64,000 bases of DNA from Fimbriosthenelais zetlandica (taxonomy: Eukaryota): positions 34,472,001-34,536,000 of the forward strand of contig OZ365112.1 of the NCBI GenBank assembly GCA_977030845.1, given 5' to 3'. Under the pieces are notes generated by a model. The model saw only the letters and a program-made list of their open reading frames with translations. It searched no databases and was not told where the DNA came from. Below, piece by piece: positions 22,838-35,344 of the stretch (positions are counted from its first letter, which is position 1; each line of letters opens with the position of its first letter). Position numbers and translations under genes: made by a program.

Positions 22838-25800
22838 CCTTTTTCCTAGCAAAAAGGTAGAAAATGTGTGACTGCTCAAAAGGCATTCTGTATTACCTCA
22901 ATCATAGGGGTCGCAAAAACCAAGTATTAAAAATATAATTATATTGATGTACCTAACTCTCAGCATTTCCAGTGGCTACACTAATGCTTATAATCCATGT
23001 AGGCCATGGTGCACTGCCCATAATTATGAAGCCTAGAAAATAAGTTTCGTTCCGACCTCGGGGGGACTAAAATTTTTTGGTGGTTTTAGGGTGCCCTGGT
23101 CATGTAGAACCCAGGTTCAAAAGTCCTGGGCTGCCTCTAAAAGTACTCCTAAAACAAACATAGTCACATATTAGCCTACATGTGGCTCTATAGTGGTGGA
23201 CAAAGACCACCCTTTATTCAAATGTAAAGCAAAGGGGAAAAAGCAATGGTGCTGGGCTGATGAATTGAGGTGAGTCCAGTGTCCAGTTAAGTGCGACCAG
23301 AACTCACCTGGGGGCAGCACAGTAGCCCTTCAAATCAATATCACCATAATTATAGGCCTATATAGGCTAGTATCACATTTAGGCCTAAAGATGATTATAT
23401 TTACAAATATTTTCTGAATATTATCAATTTTTTGTTGGAACGCCATAAATGCTTGTGACTATGCCTATACACTACCGGTACGCTTACTTGTGGGATTCAT
23501 AAGCAGAGATCTATATTAATTGTCAAGGAAATGCTATAGACTTTTTTTGCCTACAGGCCTAGGACTTAGCCTCTAGGTCGAGACCTATCTAGGCCCTATT
23601 TTTTTTAATGGGCACAGGCATAGACCAGGCCTACTTAGGCCTACCGGTAGGCCTAGGCCTATCGTAAAGCATAGGCCTAGGCCTATATTTTAGGCTAAAG
23701 TCTACTTTATCGATGCCAATGATTATAGAAACTACTACACTACATATCTAGCCGCTGATTTTAGTATAAGCTCGATTATTAACTTAGGCCTATTAGGGCC
23801 TAGGCCTATTTTTTTATGCCCAGCATAGGGCATACTTATTAGGACCTTTTTGAAATATTTTAATGAATACCCCGGCCAACTCACGATTTTGGGTTTATTT
23901 TTTGGAAAATAGATTTTAAAAACACATAAATAAAAAAAGGAAAGAAATTAAATTACTCAGGGGCTTAAGGCTTAGGTCGTCTCTGATTGGCTGACACATT
24001 TTCTCCCATACAAGGTGTTTAAAAATGGAAATAATTATAGGCCTGGATAAAAATCAATAGTGGACAATCCTATGGTAAAAAGTTTCAAACATGTATAGTT
24101 TGTCGCTGCCAAATAATATACTATGTCACAAGACGTGGCTGCGAGGCTAACTTTAGGCCGAAATCGGGTTACAGGAGGCGGGGGCTTGTTTCAAAGTACA
24201 TCAAGTCTGGCTCAGTCCATGTCCTCGCGTAAATTTTTTGACAGTGACAGTGATTTATTTAATTAGTTTTGGCGATCGAGACAGACATTATATTAGACGA
24301 GGAATATATTGGAGGGATTCAGGATATTTCCATCCGCCATTCTATTATATTTTTTACTTAATTTCGAATTTATTGAGCGCCGTAATTTATTACATCGCCA
24401 AAAACCCCCCCACCTCGTGTGCCACAGCACAGGAAGTAGCCAAGCTCACGAAAGTTGAACAAGTGGAATCGTTTTACATGGGAAACAAGTGGAATTTATA
24501 TACGTTTCCGGATACATGTCTAAAGAATAGACTGCAATCAGTGCAGGTAGGCATATATTACGTATGAATATTGAAATATAAATCGTTGAACATGTCTATA
24601 GATCTAGATCTATCTAGGGTTAGGCTCTGCCTGGCAAAAGCAACGGACATGAGTCATGACACATGACCTAGATAATCATCATAGATGAATTCACCCCATG
24701 TTAAGAGTAATAAGCCTACATCGTAGGCCTACATGCTAATCCCAAACCCTAATCAAAGTTAAGATAGGAAAAATGAATAAACATGAATTTCTGGAGACAA
24801 CGGGCATGTTTGGGCCTCGGTCTCTCGACGAGTCTCGATCAGTCTCGGTCTCTGACTCTGACTGCGCCTTGCAGGTGCCCCGGCAGGTGCTCGTACCTAG
24901 GCCTAGCTAGTATGACTACCGGTACTTACAGTCTTACTAACTTAGGCCAAAGCCCATGGATTGTTACTTATAATTATATCTAGGTGATTTTGATTTTCAT
25001 AAGGCAGCTTGCATAATCTCTCTGTTCTGACCCAAGTATTTATATGAAACACAAAATTAAAGTCCCGGTACCGCAAACGAAAAGCATGTGACCAGACACA
25101 AGTATACCCGTTGCCATGAGTTGTTAGAAACATGAAGCGACGTCATTTCTCGGGAGGTAGGCCGACATGTACAATGTCAACGTTGTACTGATAAACGTAA
25201 ACATTGTAAAAATATCAAGGAAACTTTCCTAAAACTTGCTTTTTTTTCGGGGGAATGATGGAAATCTATTCTAGATATCTGTTGTTTGTGACAGACCTAA
25301 ATACATCTATTTGTATTAGGCTAGAGCCGAAATTATGTTTGACTTGCTACAAAGGCAATGGCGTCTGATTTAGCATGTCAGTCTCAGGAACATCTAATTA
25401 ATTATTGAGTTATGTTGGCATAGGAAGAACATTATTAGGACTGCAAACTAATCAGCCGCGTATTTGCAACAATTTACAACTAGAATTTTTTAGTCCCCAG
25501 ACGACGAAACAACCTGAACGATATGGGCAGTGCACCATGGGCATGGCCGATACTATGCTATAGACTAGTATAGTCTATGATCGGCCCCTTCTAGGGTTAC
25601 ACAGGCTCCACCCAGGTATGGATACTCTATCTACATGGCCTAATGAATGAGTCTTTTCATTATATTTTAGGTTACACACATCAGTTCTAGTTTAGCATAA
25701 AATATTACTTACTATTGTCCTGTATCTTGTACCGATGTATCGAGTTGCTGTGTGCAGTTTGTTATTAATAATTTGTAATGAGTGACGTCACATAAAGTTT

Positions 25801-25919
25801 CTATGACAGGCTTGTCATGGTACATATTGGTCAGTGTCGCACATTGAATAATAAGAGACATGGCAGTGGATAAATGTACAATGTCATGATAATTATATGA
25901 GCATTTACCCTCATATATT

Positions 25920-26890
25920 AGGTCAGGATGACCTTGAATGTTAAAAATAACATCAGAAATGAATTCTGCAATAAATAGAGGTATTACACTTGTATGTGGT
26001 CAGTATGTTATAAAGGATTTTTTAATAAAGTGTTGGTTACCATGGTAACAACCAGTCCAACTACCACATAATACCTCCCCATCCAAAGCTCCTATATTAC
26101 TACACAAGAATATACCAACTTTTAACTATTCTATACAATAATGAGGCAATGGATGGTGTTGGAATAAGGTCCTATATGGTTTTATGCTCAAATTTAGGGT
26201 TTCAAGGTCACGTAACATGACCTTGACCTTGGCAAAGGTCAACCAAATTATATCCCAGAATGCATCTCGGCATGATACATCAACGTACCAAATATAAAGT
26301 GTCTATCTCTATTTAAACTCCTAAAACTCGAGTAAAACATGTTTCACGGGGGTCAGTATGTTATAAAGGAGTTTTTTTAATAAAGTGTCGGTTACCATGG
26401 TAACAACCCGTCCAACTACCACATAATACCTCCCCATCCAAAGCTCCTATATTAATACACATGAATATACCAACTTTTAACTATTCTATACAATAATGAG
26501 GCAATGGATGGTGTTGGAATAAGGTCCTATATGGTTTTATGCTCAAATTTAGGGTTTCAAGGTCACTTCAAATGACCTTGACCTTGGCAAAGGTCAATTA
26601 AATTCCATCTTAAAATGCAACTTGGCATAATACACCAACATACCAAATTTTAGCTTTCTATGACAATTTCTGATCAAGTAATGCCCTAAAACATCCTTTT
26701 TTTATAATTTCTTTAAAAACTGCACTGTTGCCATGGAAATCCAAGATGGCCGCCCTCTGCAGCAAATTCAAGATTGACAACATGGTTTTTCTTGTTCCTG
26801 AGGGTCTAGAGAACATTTCTATATAGGTGGGATATTTTAATCATCATTTTCCCACGGGACCCTAAAATTGTCTATTAGTCTCCCTGACTA
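25920..26890 (-). repeat. Right inverted arm: inner segment, two ~356-bp units and the terminus
   Basis: Reverse complement of the left arm; marker tgaccttgaccttggcaaaggtcaa at about 26218 and 26574. Confidence 0.92.
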
Positions 26891-27600
26891 AAAGCCGTTG
26901 TGTGGGAGATCTTATAATTCATCCACAAATTGAGAAAGAATAGCATTGATATCCGTTGACTTACTTTCCCCAGAATATAAGCCAATGATAAAAGGTTCCA
27001 TACCTTTTTCCAAAACCATACCTAGTATGGGCCAAAACTGTCGATTGGTGCTTCTGTGTAGAGGCAAACTGTCAACATTTACTTGTAGGTAAATTGTTTC
27101 CTTACATTTAAGTTCAATGCAGTGATTCAGTGCCCTCAATAGGTTCGACTTAATACCAAAATGGTAGTACTGTCCCCCAGCTATGTCATATATGTCCTCT
27201 CTTGGGACATTGCAAGTCTTTAAAAGTGTCCTGGGATCTTTAGGTAACTGAGGATGCATTGGATGTAAAATATCAAGGATTTCCCTCAGTGACTTTTGAG
27301 TTTGGTGATTTTTTACAGCCCATTTCCTCATGGCTTCCACTAGATGACTTTCATGATCATCTTAATCACACTCGTCATCAGAACTGAATAAGAACCTTTC
27401 AGTTTCATCAGTGTCTCTATTCTCTGATACTCTGTCTTACTCTTTCTGGTACCTCTCTGATATTAGGTCTACCAGCTGCTTCAGTATATATTTCATATTT
27501 TTCAGGAGTTGCCTCACCATCCACATTAATTTGATCTGCTTGATTTACATTATCATTGCCAATATGCTGGCCTGTTGCTAGGCAAATTGGCAAATGCATG
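26891..27600 (-). pseudogene. EnSpm/CACTA transposase, N-terminal part (continues at 15581)
   Basis: LPKDPRTLLKT, GGQYYHFGI, LQVNVDSLPL, QFWPILG and PFIIGLYSG...FVDEL. Collinear with the 14510-15581 piece across the Academ insertion. Confidence 0.87.
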
Positions 27601-28432
27601 TCGGTTGCTGGGCAAAAGGTTCATTTTACAAAGATAAATATACCAATAAATTGCTGGGGTAGGTGTGATTAAATTCTTGTTGCGACTATTATTTATGCAT
27701 TTTCCTAAGCAAATTAATAAACTCTTGTTGGTTACTAGGCAACAGATTCATTATACAAAGAAACTGTGCATGCATGCCATTGAATTCCTCGGGGTTGCTT
27801 TTAGGAGGGTAGTTGTGATTAGATTATACGTAGGACCATTATTTATAGAGATAGTTAGGTGACATTTAATGGGTGGAATGGTGGCCATTTTGAAATATGG
27901 CCGTTACCATGGTTACCAGTGGTCAGATTTTGGTATCACAAACATGTGTTGTTTTCTTGCCTCAACTGGCCCGAATGGTTTTTCCACTTCTTCCTTTTTG
28001 AATAATTGATCCATTTTTGGACACAATTTTACCACCTTCTTGTGCTTGCGTTCAGTGTCTTCTTTTCTTGGCATAATGGCAGAATCAATGATATTCCAAA
28101 ACGGGAATCCAGCAAAATTTATCCAGTCGCCAAAGTACCTCATCAGGAATAAATTGATTGAAGGAGCCATTGTTTATGGCATGATTATGACCTTCCTTAA
28201 CCATCCCCCCCCCCCCCATATAATTAGACAGACTGTAAATTTACAAGAAATTTTACTGTGGGTACAGCTAATTTTTTCTTAACATAAAAATTCCAACGGG
28301 CCTGCCAAAGATTTGAGCAGGTGGTACTGACTTCTGAAGAGGTCCATAATGATGCCACAGACGAGTTCAACCACCAACACGGTAAAATGTGTGGAAGAAA
28401 ACATTGATATTGCATGATATCGATAATTCCTC

Positions 28433-28744
28433 TTACGTCATGAACATATGACTTATGACCTCGAAATCCAGAATCTTAGATGTTTGGCTGTCCATCAAAG
28501 TGTAAGTGCCATATTTAGCACAAAATCCTGGAGAGTCGCATTGACCGTCTCCTATTATGACCACTTCACTTCTTTGTGCCATTTCAGCCGTAATGACAAG
28601 TTTTTCATGTCGCCGTGTCCCTGCTATAATAGGGAACAGCAACTTCCCATGGTGCTGAAAGAAGACCTGTGGGGTGTGTATAGCTAGGCCATAAAAAGTA
28701 GCGATTTCATGGATCCTGGTATGAGTGGCACCAGCAAACAAGCA
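28433..28744 (-). pseudogene. Kolobok-like DDE transposase exon fragment
   Basis: LFAGAT...LLFPII...VIIGDGQCDSPGFCAKYGTYTLMD...KILDF, bounded by an AG acceptor and a gtaag donor. Confidence 0.7.
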
Positions 28745-28799
28745 CTGAGAGGAGGACTGAAGACTGGTTGAGATAGCCAGACCTCCAGGTGACTTTACA

Positions 28800-29300
28800 A
28801 CTCATAGCTATCTAATTCAGTACGGGAGTCTTTTCAGCTTTTGACACACAGGTGGTCGAGTATTTGGGCAAAGTGTCGTATTTTTGGCGCATTCTGTCTG
28901 TTGTTGTTGGCTTAAAATCTCCAGCATATCCATGTTAAGGTCTTTAAAGGTGCCAATGTTTGAAAGCCTGAGGGTTGTGAGGCGATTATGTAAGGCCTTG
29001 GCTTCTTTTTGTGCTGCTAAACGGCACTGAATTTCGTCTTTTGTCTCCACCATTTTCTTGAGATCATCCATGTTCCCATGTGCTTTTTGAAACTAACTTG
29101 AGAATGACTAGTGTCAAGAGATGGCTATCTGATTCAGGGAGGGAGTCTTTTCTGCTTTTGACTTTAGACTTGTTTCATGAAAACATGTCACATATAGGGA
29201 GCCTTTTGCTGGCTCCAACACTTTCAGGGCTGAACAACAGGTGTCAAGGTGACAATTTAGTTCATTCTAAGACTTATCCCAAGTCTCATTGATTTTGTCT
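28800..29300 (-). pseudogene. Helitron/Pif1-related remnant, homologous to 43000-43330
   Basis: Shares gtcgagtatttgggcaaa, atgttaaggtctttaaaggtgccaatgtt and atggctatctgattc with the Pif1 remnant at 43 kb. Confidence 0.5.
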
Positions 29301-29330
29301 ACAAAACCCATCTGGACCCATCATTGAAAT

Positions 29331-29560
29331 TTAATCAATTGTGAGAAGTTTCATCTCACACATTGTAGCCCCCACACATTGTGCAACTGCACCAGTTGCT
29401 GTTTCCCAGTCTGTCCTTTTCATCATCCGCAGAAGGTAATTTTGGTATTTTTTTAGTCCATCTGTATTGTTTGGCCTCTTTGGGTCCACCACCTGGGGAC
29501 ACTGAGCAGTCAGATCCAGCCTTCGGTCCATCTCCCACAAGGAGCCTTGGAAGGAACATG
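29331..29560 (-). pseudogene. Cys-rich fragment resembling the P2X7 C-terminal-like accessory protein of Kolobok elements
   Basis: DRLGNSNWCSCTMC motif, followed by a frameshift; lies upstream of, and on the same strand as, the Kolobok fragment. Confidence 0.45.
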
Positions 29561-29932
29561 TATATGTAATGGTATCCGGTATTTTAGTGAAAGGGGGAGG
29601 TACAATGATTTAATATAATAATAATTAATTAATAAAATAATTAATACAATATAATATTTTATATAAATCATAGGGGACTAGATAAAATAATACTTCCCGA
29701 ACAGTTCCCTCAAGAAAAACTTACCTTTTTAGTAGAATTTAACTATATTAGGCTATACTTCATAACAGGCTACTGTCGTAGTGGACTCGAAGGACAACTA
29801 GCAGACGTCAAATAGGATGACCGCCATGAAATTCTCAGAGCTCAGGAGTGTCAACATAATCTCCCGCATAAACGAGACACAGAAAGCAAGCCATTAAGAG
29901 GCATCCCTAGTAAAGGTGTGAAGTAAGCAGAC

Positions 29933-30050
29933 ATGGCTGTACCTGTGGCTGAGGACTGGCAGGAAGGGAAGACGCTGGGACAATGCGTGTCTCACATGTG
30001 GCAGTCAAACATACTGACAGATGTCATCTTTATCTTCCCTGCTCATGAAG
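29933..30050 (+). pseudogene. N-terminal fragment of a BTB/POZ protein (BTBD2/3/6-like)
   Basis: MAVPVAEDWQEGKTLGQCVSHMWQSNILTDVIF matches the DWQxGKTLxxCxxxM...DVxF start of these BTB domains, then breaks off. Confidence 0.55.
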
Positions 30051-31700
30051 ATTTAGCCCTTTCCAGTTTAACTCGTCCTTCATTCGAGGAAGCAGTACAC
30101 ATAGAATTTATACTGAATTCTATCTCAGCCAAAAACCATAGAGTTGGCCGCCTCTATGTCTCCTTCTGATTTTGTCGGGCTCTTTTCATGTGTGAGGGGT
30201 GTAAAGGGTATCTGTTTGTCAGTGGGGATGAATGAGGATAGGGACGTTCCCAAAATTGTCCCTGTACCCTTGAGAGGGCAGCACATGTTGAGTTCCTCCA
30301 CCGTTATAGTGGGCCTTTGTAGCGCCTTCTTGACGTCATCAAATGGTGTGTGCAGTGAGAGTATATCCTCACCCCTGCAGACTATGTGCCAATATATTTT
30401 CCTGTATGGTTCCAGACATCATGTTGTTACCAAAGTCATCATGCGGTTACCAAACTTTTGTTATCAAGTTGATCAAACGTGTTTTGAGGCAATTCAGTGA
30501 AAGTGAATTCCTAAGTTTCCTTGTGTTTATTCATTGTCCACCTTTTCCTTTCCATCCATGTTGTGTGCATCCTTGTCATGGGAACTTCTCTCACACGTGA
30601 TTTGATGTGAGAATAGTCTTTTCGTACCCCCCACCCCCCACACACATGACTGGCAGCTCACAGAAAATAATTCCCAAGATTACCAAGATTCTGTTCTGTT
30701 TTCTGTGCAGCATTCTTTAGTTCAAACAGTCTAAATATAACAATGTGTTTCTCAGGTACCAACTGCACATCCTATTCATTTCTGAAGTTCTATGGTTGTC
30801 TTGTTGCATGCAGGGTTCTTCAGAAGGAGCAACAATCTCGAGGTTACCATGTGCTTCAGTGGAGACATTGAATTTTGACACTGACAGCTCTTTGAACACC
30901 TATGTGTTAAACTTTGCCCCAGAGCTGGCTTACCAACTGCACATCCCCCCACAGTCTGTCCTTCATGTGAAATGAGGTCCATGGAACACATCTGACTGGG
31001 CATAGTCTGCCTCTCGATACACATCTTTCTCTCGCAGAGGGTCTGTGTTATGTACACAGGTTTTAGGCTGATTGTAATTGGTGACCCCCCACACTTGAAT
31101 TTTTCTTTCTTTATTTATCGTTTTATAAAATATTTACCTATACCCTGCCTGGTTTTTGTTGTTGAACGGGTTGGCCTCACAAGGTTGCCCTCACAAGGTT
31201 GGCCTTCAGGAGCTGAATGGGGGAGCATGCTACAGAGGTAGAAGGTTTTATCACGCCCGCATCCAGCATCTTCTGGAGGTGTTTTTCCTCCTCCTCCTCC
31301 TGAAACCCCAGGGGGTCCGCCGCATGCGTTGCCGGATGGGCATCCCCGCCATGAAGCCATCTGTCCTTCTTTGGAAGCGGGATATTTCTATGCAAGTGCA
31401 TCCATGGTCAAAGTTAACTTACTTCAGTTACTTTCCCTTCCACAGAGATTTTCGTGCCAGTGCCAATGTCCCCAGCTCAATTCAAAGGCCTGAATGGACT
31501 TGTGGGGTTGTTTTGTCACAGCGGCATCTTCCCATGTGTCCATTATCTTTGGATGCAAATGTTTTCTTGTTTTCATCGGTGTACTGGAAAACTGCTGGTT
31601 CATATTGCTGGAAGAGTTGGTCATTCGCAGATGTTAACCAGTGGCAGAGGATGCCCCCTCAGAGATTGCCTTTCTTGGAGTTATGTGAATGATTTGTAGG
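30050..31700 (-). pseudogene. Heavily degraded Gypsy pol remnant
   Basis: GDAHP...PLGFQEEEEEKHLQKMLDAGVIKPSTS (RT N-terminus) at ~31230-31350; downstream pieces have many stops and large deletions. Confidence 0.6.
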
Positions 31701-34700
31701 AATTCCTGAATTTCATTATCTGTGAGGTCGTGGGTATGCATGATTTGTACCAGACAACATAAGTCACTGTCTGGGGCACAGCAGATTGGATTGAGTATTG
31801 AAAAATAAGGGTGCATGCACATGGGTTTGTTTATGTTTGGGAGAAATCTGCCATCTTGGTTTCTCCCGATGTAAACAAACAATTTTCTGTCATATTATAC
31901 CATTACGATTGTGACCAGGCCCTTTTTTCTAGAAGTCATCTGAATGTTGATTCAGTACTGATATCATTTCAAATAACATTGGTGATTTTTAAAAATTGGA
32001 TAAGTTTTTCATGTTTAATCCGCCCATAGTATTTATCTCAATACTACAATTTACCTTAGAATAATTAATTATACTTGTAAGCTGTATTGTTAATAAAACT
32101 TTTAAAATTAATAGTTGTACCTGTGTGGTAGACCTTGGCGTGTTGGTAGGAAGTTTGGAAAAAAAACACCCGCCACTTTTTGGTCGGGTCCTCACTTGCT
32201 GACTTGAGACAGCTTTTTAGTGTCTGGCTTGGGTCCAAACTGAATTTCACAGAAAGAAATTTAATTCATTACTTTGATAAATATGAAAAACATAGAAAAA
32301 GAGCGAGGTCCCCACTTCATTACTTTGTCTTGTTATATGGAGGTGTTCATTGGCTCCTCATTTAGCTCTGCTTCCTAATGAAAATAATGAAATATTAGAT
32401 TCCAAGGCCACATAGGCTGGGTGGGATTCCTCATAATTTAAATTTTAAATCTTGCATACCTTCCTTTTTTGCACTTGTTCTTCCATGGATTTTGGCTTTT
32501 TAGTATCCTGAAGCTTTCTCTGAATTCGATTATTAACAGTCGTCAATCAAAAACATGGGCCTATTATCACCTGAACTATCATCTGATTCTGTACTGATAT
32601 CATGTCAAATAACATTGGTGATTTTTAAAAATTGGATAAGTTTTTCATGTTAAATCCTCCCATAGTATTTATCTCAATACTATAATCTACCTTAGAATAA
32701 TTTATTATACCTACAGCTTTCTTTTCGGAGTTATTTAGAAGCATTCCAATACACATATTCAATACCGAATCCAATACACATTATATATATGCATGCATCA
32801 TAATAAATAATAATTACAATGCATGTCTATGCATAAAAATCCCTTTCCTCGACAAATGTGTTTGCAGAGGTTAATGATTTGACCCAAATAAAAAAAATAA
32901 TAAAATTCATACATAGAAAATATATCATACCATAAAATTATTTATTTTGAGAAAAAATTTGTTATTTTTCCCTGTCTTAATACAATTCACTTGATTCATA
33001 ATAATTTGGTCTTCGATGGTAGTGAAGTATTCCAAGATGAGTGTCCCTTGTTTCTTTGTTTCTTTGTTTTTTGTTGTGCACCTTTTCCTTTTCCACCCCT
33101 CTTTTGGGCAGCCTTGTCATGGGAGCTTCTCTCACTTGTGATTTCACATGAGAGAAGTCTGCTCCTCCAGCAGCTTGTTGACAGCCAGTCAGCCAGTACA
33201 TTGATTCAAAACCAGGTGCCAGTCATGCGCTGGATACCAGTCAGTCAAAACCAACATTACATTTGAAATGAAAATTCAGCTTAATTAGATATAAGAATAA
33301 TATAATTCAAGTTGCATGTGAACAATTTTTGAAAGAAGCCATTTTCTAGTGATACTGGACCCCACAGGGAAGCTAGAGAGTGTGTATAAGTTCAAGTACT
33401 CCAGCAAAGTAAACTTGAGAAAGGATGGAAAGAATAGTTAATGCATGAACCTATGTTGGTGGATATGGAGCAGGAAGATGAAGATGTTCCAGATGAGGAA
33501 AGTTCGACTCAATGTCATGGAAGAGATGGAGAAAATCTATTAGCACAATTGATAGATCAGGGTATAATTTGCCTGATATTGCATTGCATATTATGATGTA
33601 ATATGTTGTATTTATAATTCTGTGGGTGAAGAACTGATTCTTTGAAGATCCATGGCTGGCAAGCCTCCTACGAAAACATGGGCCCATATCTCCAAGAGAC
33701 AATTCAAAATAGTTGTATTTGGCAAGGACGCCACAGGGAAGCTAGAGAGTGTATATATACATGTACATTTTTGTTATTGAAGGAGGAAACTTTACAAAAA
33801 ACAATACTGCTTTTCAGCATATTTTCATGCAATCCTAGACATTAAATTTGCATCGAAGGAACTTGTATAACAATATTTACAGTAATCAGAATCTACAATT
33901 TGCAATTTAACAATAAATTAGGTAATTGCTGTTGAATTCAACACCCAGAAATGGAAACTTTTTTTTCATGTCAAGGATAAAATACGATTTCCTCTGTGTA
34001 TCGCTTCCTGCTCATTATCTATATAGACTTGCACCTATCAACTACTGTGCCCTGTGTCTGATCTAGATCCGGTGTATAATATCCGGCAATTGATTTGTTT
34101 GCTTTGGAAACGAGTTCTTTTGCGAGATGGGAGAGCAGAGGCAGGTTTGCAGCAGATACTGCCTCAGCTGGGTTCTTGATAGAAATGCACTTCATATAGT
34201 AAAACCTTGCGTCAAAAGACTTGGTGCTGTCTGTGAGCCATCAAACAGATTCTGGCCACTCGTGGTGAATAGGGGAATAAGTGCTTAACTCTGGACAGAC
34301 CTTGGCAACATAATGCAGTATATTCAATGGAGAGGTTAGTTCTCTTCCTTTCCAGAATGATAAGACATAAATGGCCATGTTGCTTTGTGGCGCATCAGCA
34401 GTTGACCCTTCTTGCCATGGGATCAAGGTCTCAAATAGCATAACTCTCAGCCTCACTGATCGCGTCACATACATGCACAGGGCAGACAAAATCCACCATC
34501 AAGGGAAAGGCTATACACCTTCTATACACCTAAGGCTATTCTCCATGCCTGTGAACTGATGCCCATGCCAGGTATTCCTTTTGAACAACATGTTGCACGG
34601 TTGTTCACAAACAAGTGATTGGGATCAATGACAACCTGTACGGGATTTCCACAGATTGTAACTGGTTGAGCGTACCACTGATCAATAACAAACTTCAGTT

Positions 34701-35344
34701 TCTACAATCCATGGACATGAATCTAATTTAAAGTATGCAGATTCTTCATACTTTTGTTTTTTCTGTGTGCCATACATTGGTTGCATATAAAATGTTTGTG
34801 CACATCTTTGAAAGGGGAGGTCCATAGAGGAGAAGCCTATCTTCCAAGAGAACAATAAGTTAACCCTGGGTAATAAAAAATTGTCAGAAAAATGTACCTG
34901 CAGTTTTTCTCTATCTATGAATACAGAAAATAGTTTTAGCTGTGGTTGCGCTAGGGGGTAAAAACTATTAGCCAGTTTGGTGAAAATCTAGCAAAAATGG
35001 TTCGCCAAATTTCGCCACAGTTTCAGACTACAAAATGTCAGGTTTGTTGATATGTATTTAAGCACCGCATTTACCTGCATTTAGTCGTTAATTTTGAAGC
35101 CATTTTAAACAACTTGTCAAGGTACATGTTAATATTTTGTACTTGTAATTCTATCATATTAAATTATAATATAGGATGTAGCATATGAATGACACAGTGG
35201 CACACAAATAAAACCAATCCATTATAATTTGATGAAAACTTATATTTTTATTTGAGGTTTCATTGAATAACACACCGCAAGTCAAATATACTGTACATAT
35301 AATTGGCAGACTGGCTAGTAGTGCCATAAGACTTGATATTATAT

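Larger units (their letters stand above)
15582..26890 (-). mobile_element. Academ (XPG-type, AcademX) DNA transposon, 11.3 kb
   Basis: Termini TAGTCAGGGAGACTA at both ends, flanked by AAA on both sides (3-bp TSD); long inverted arms; ~1.5k-aa ORF with transposase, XPG-like and Cys-rich domains. Splits the EnSpm gene. Confidence 0.85.

Noticed and set aside
23340-23830. Dense TAGGCCTA motifs as a functional array
   Set aside because: Irregular spacing, and the motif is scattered through the whole window; treated as low-complexity background.
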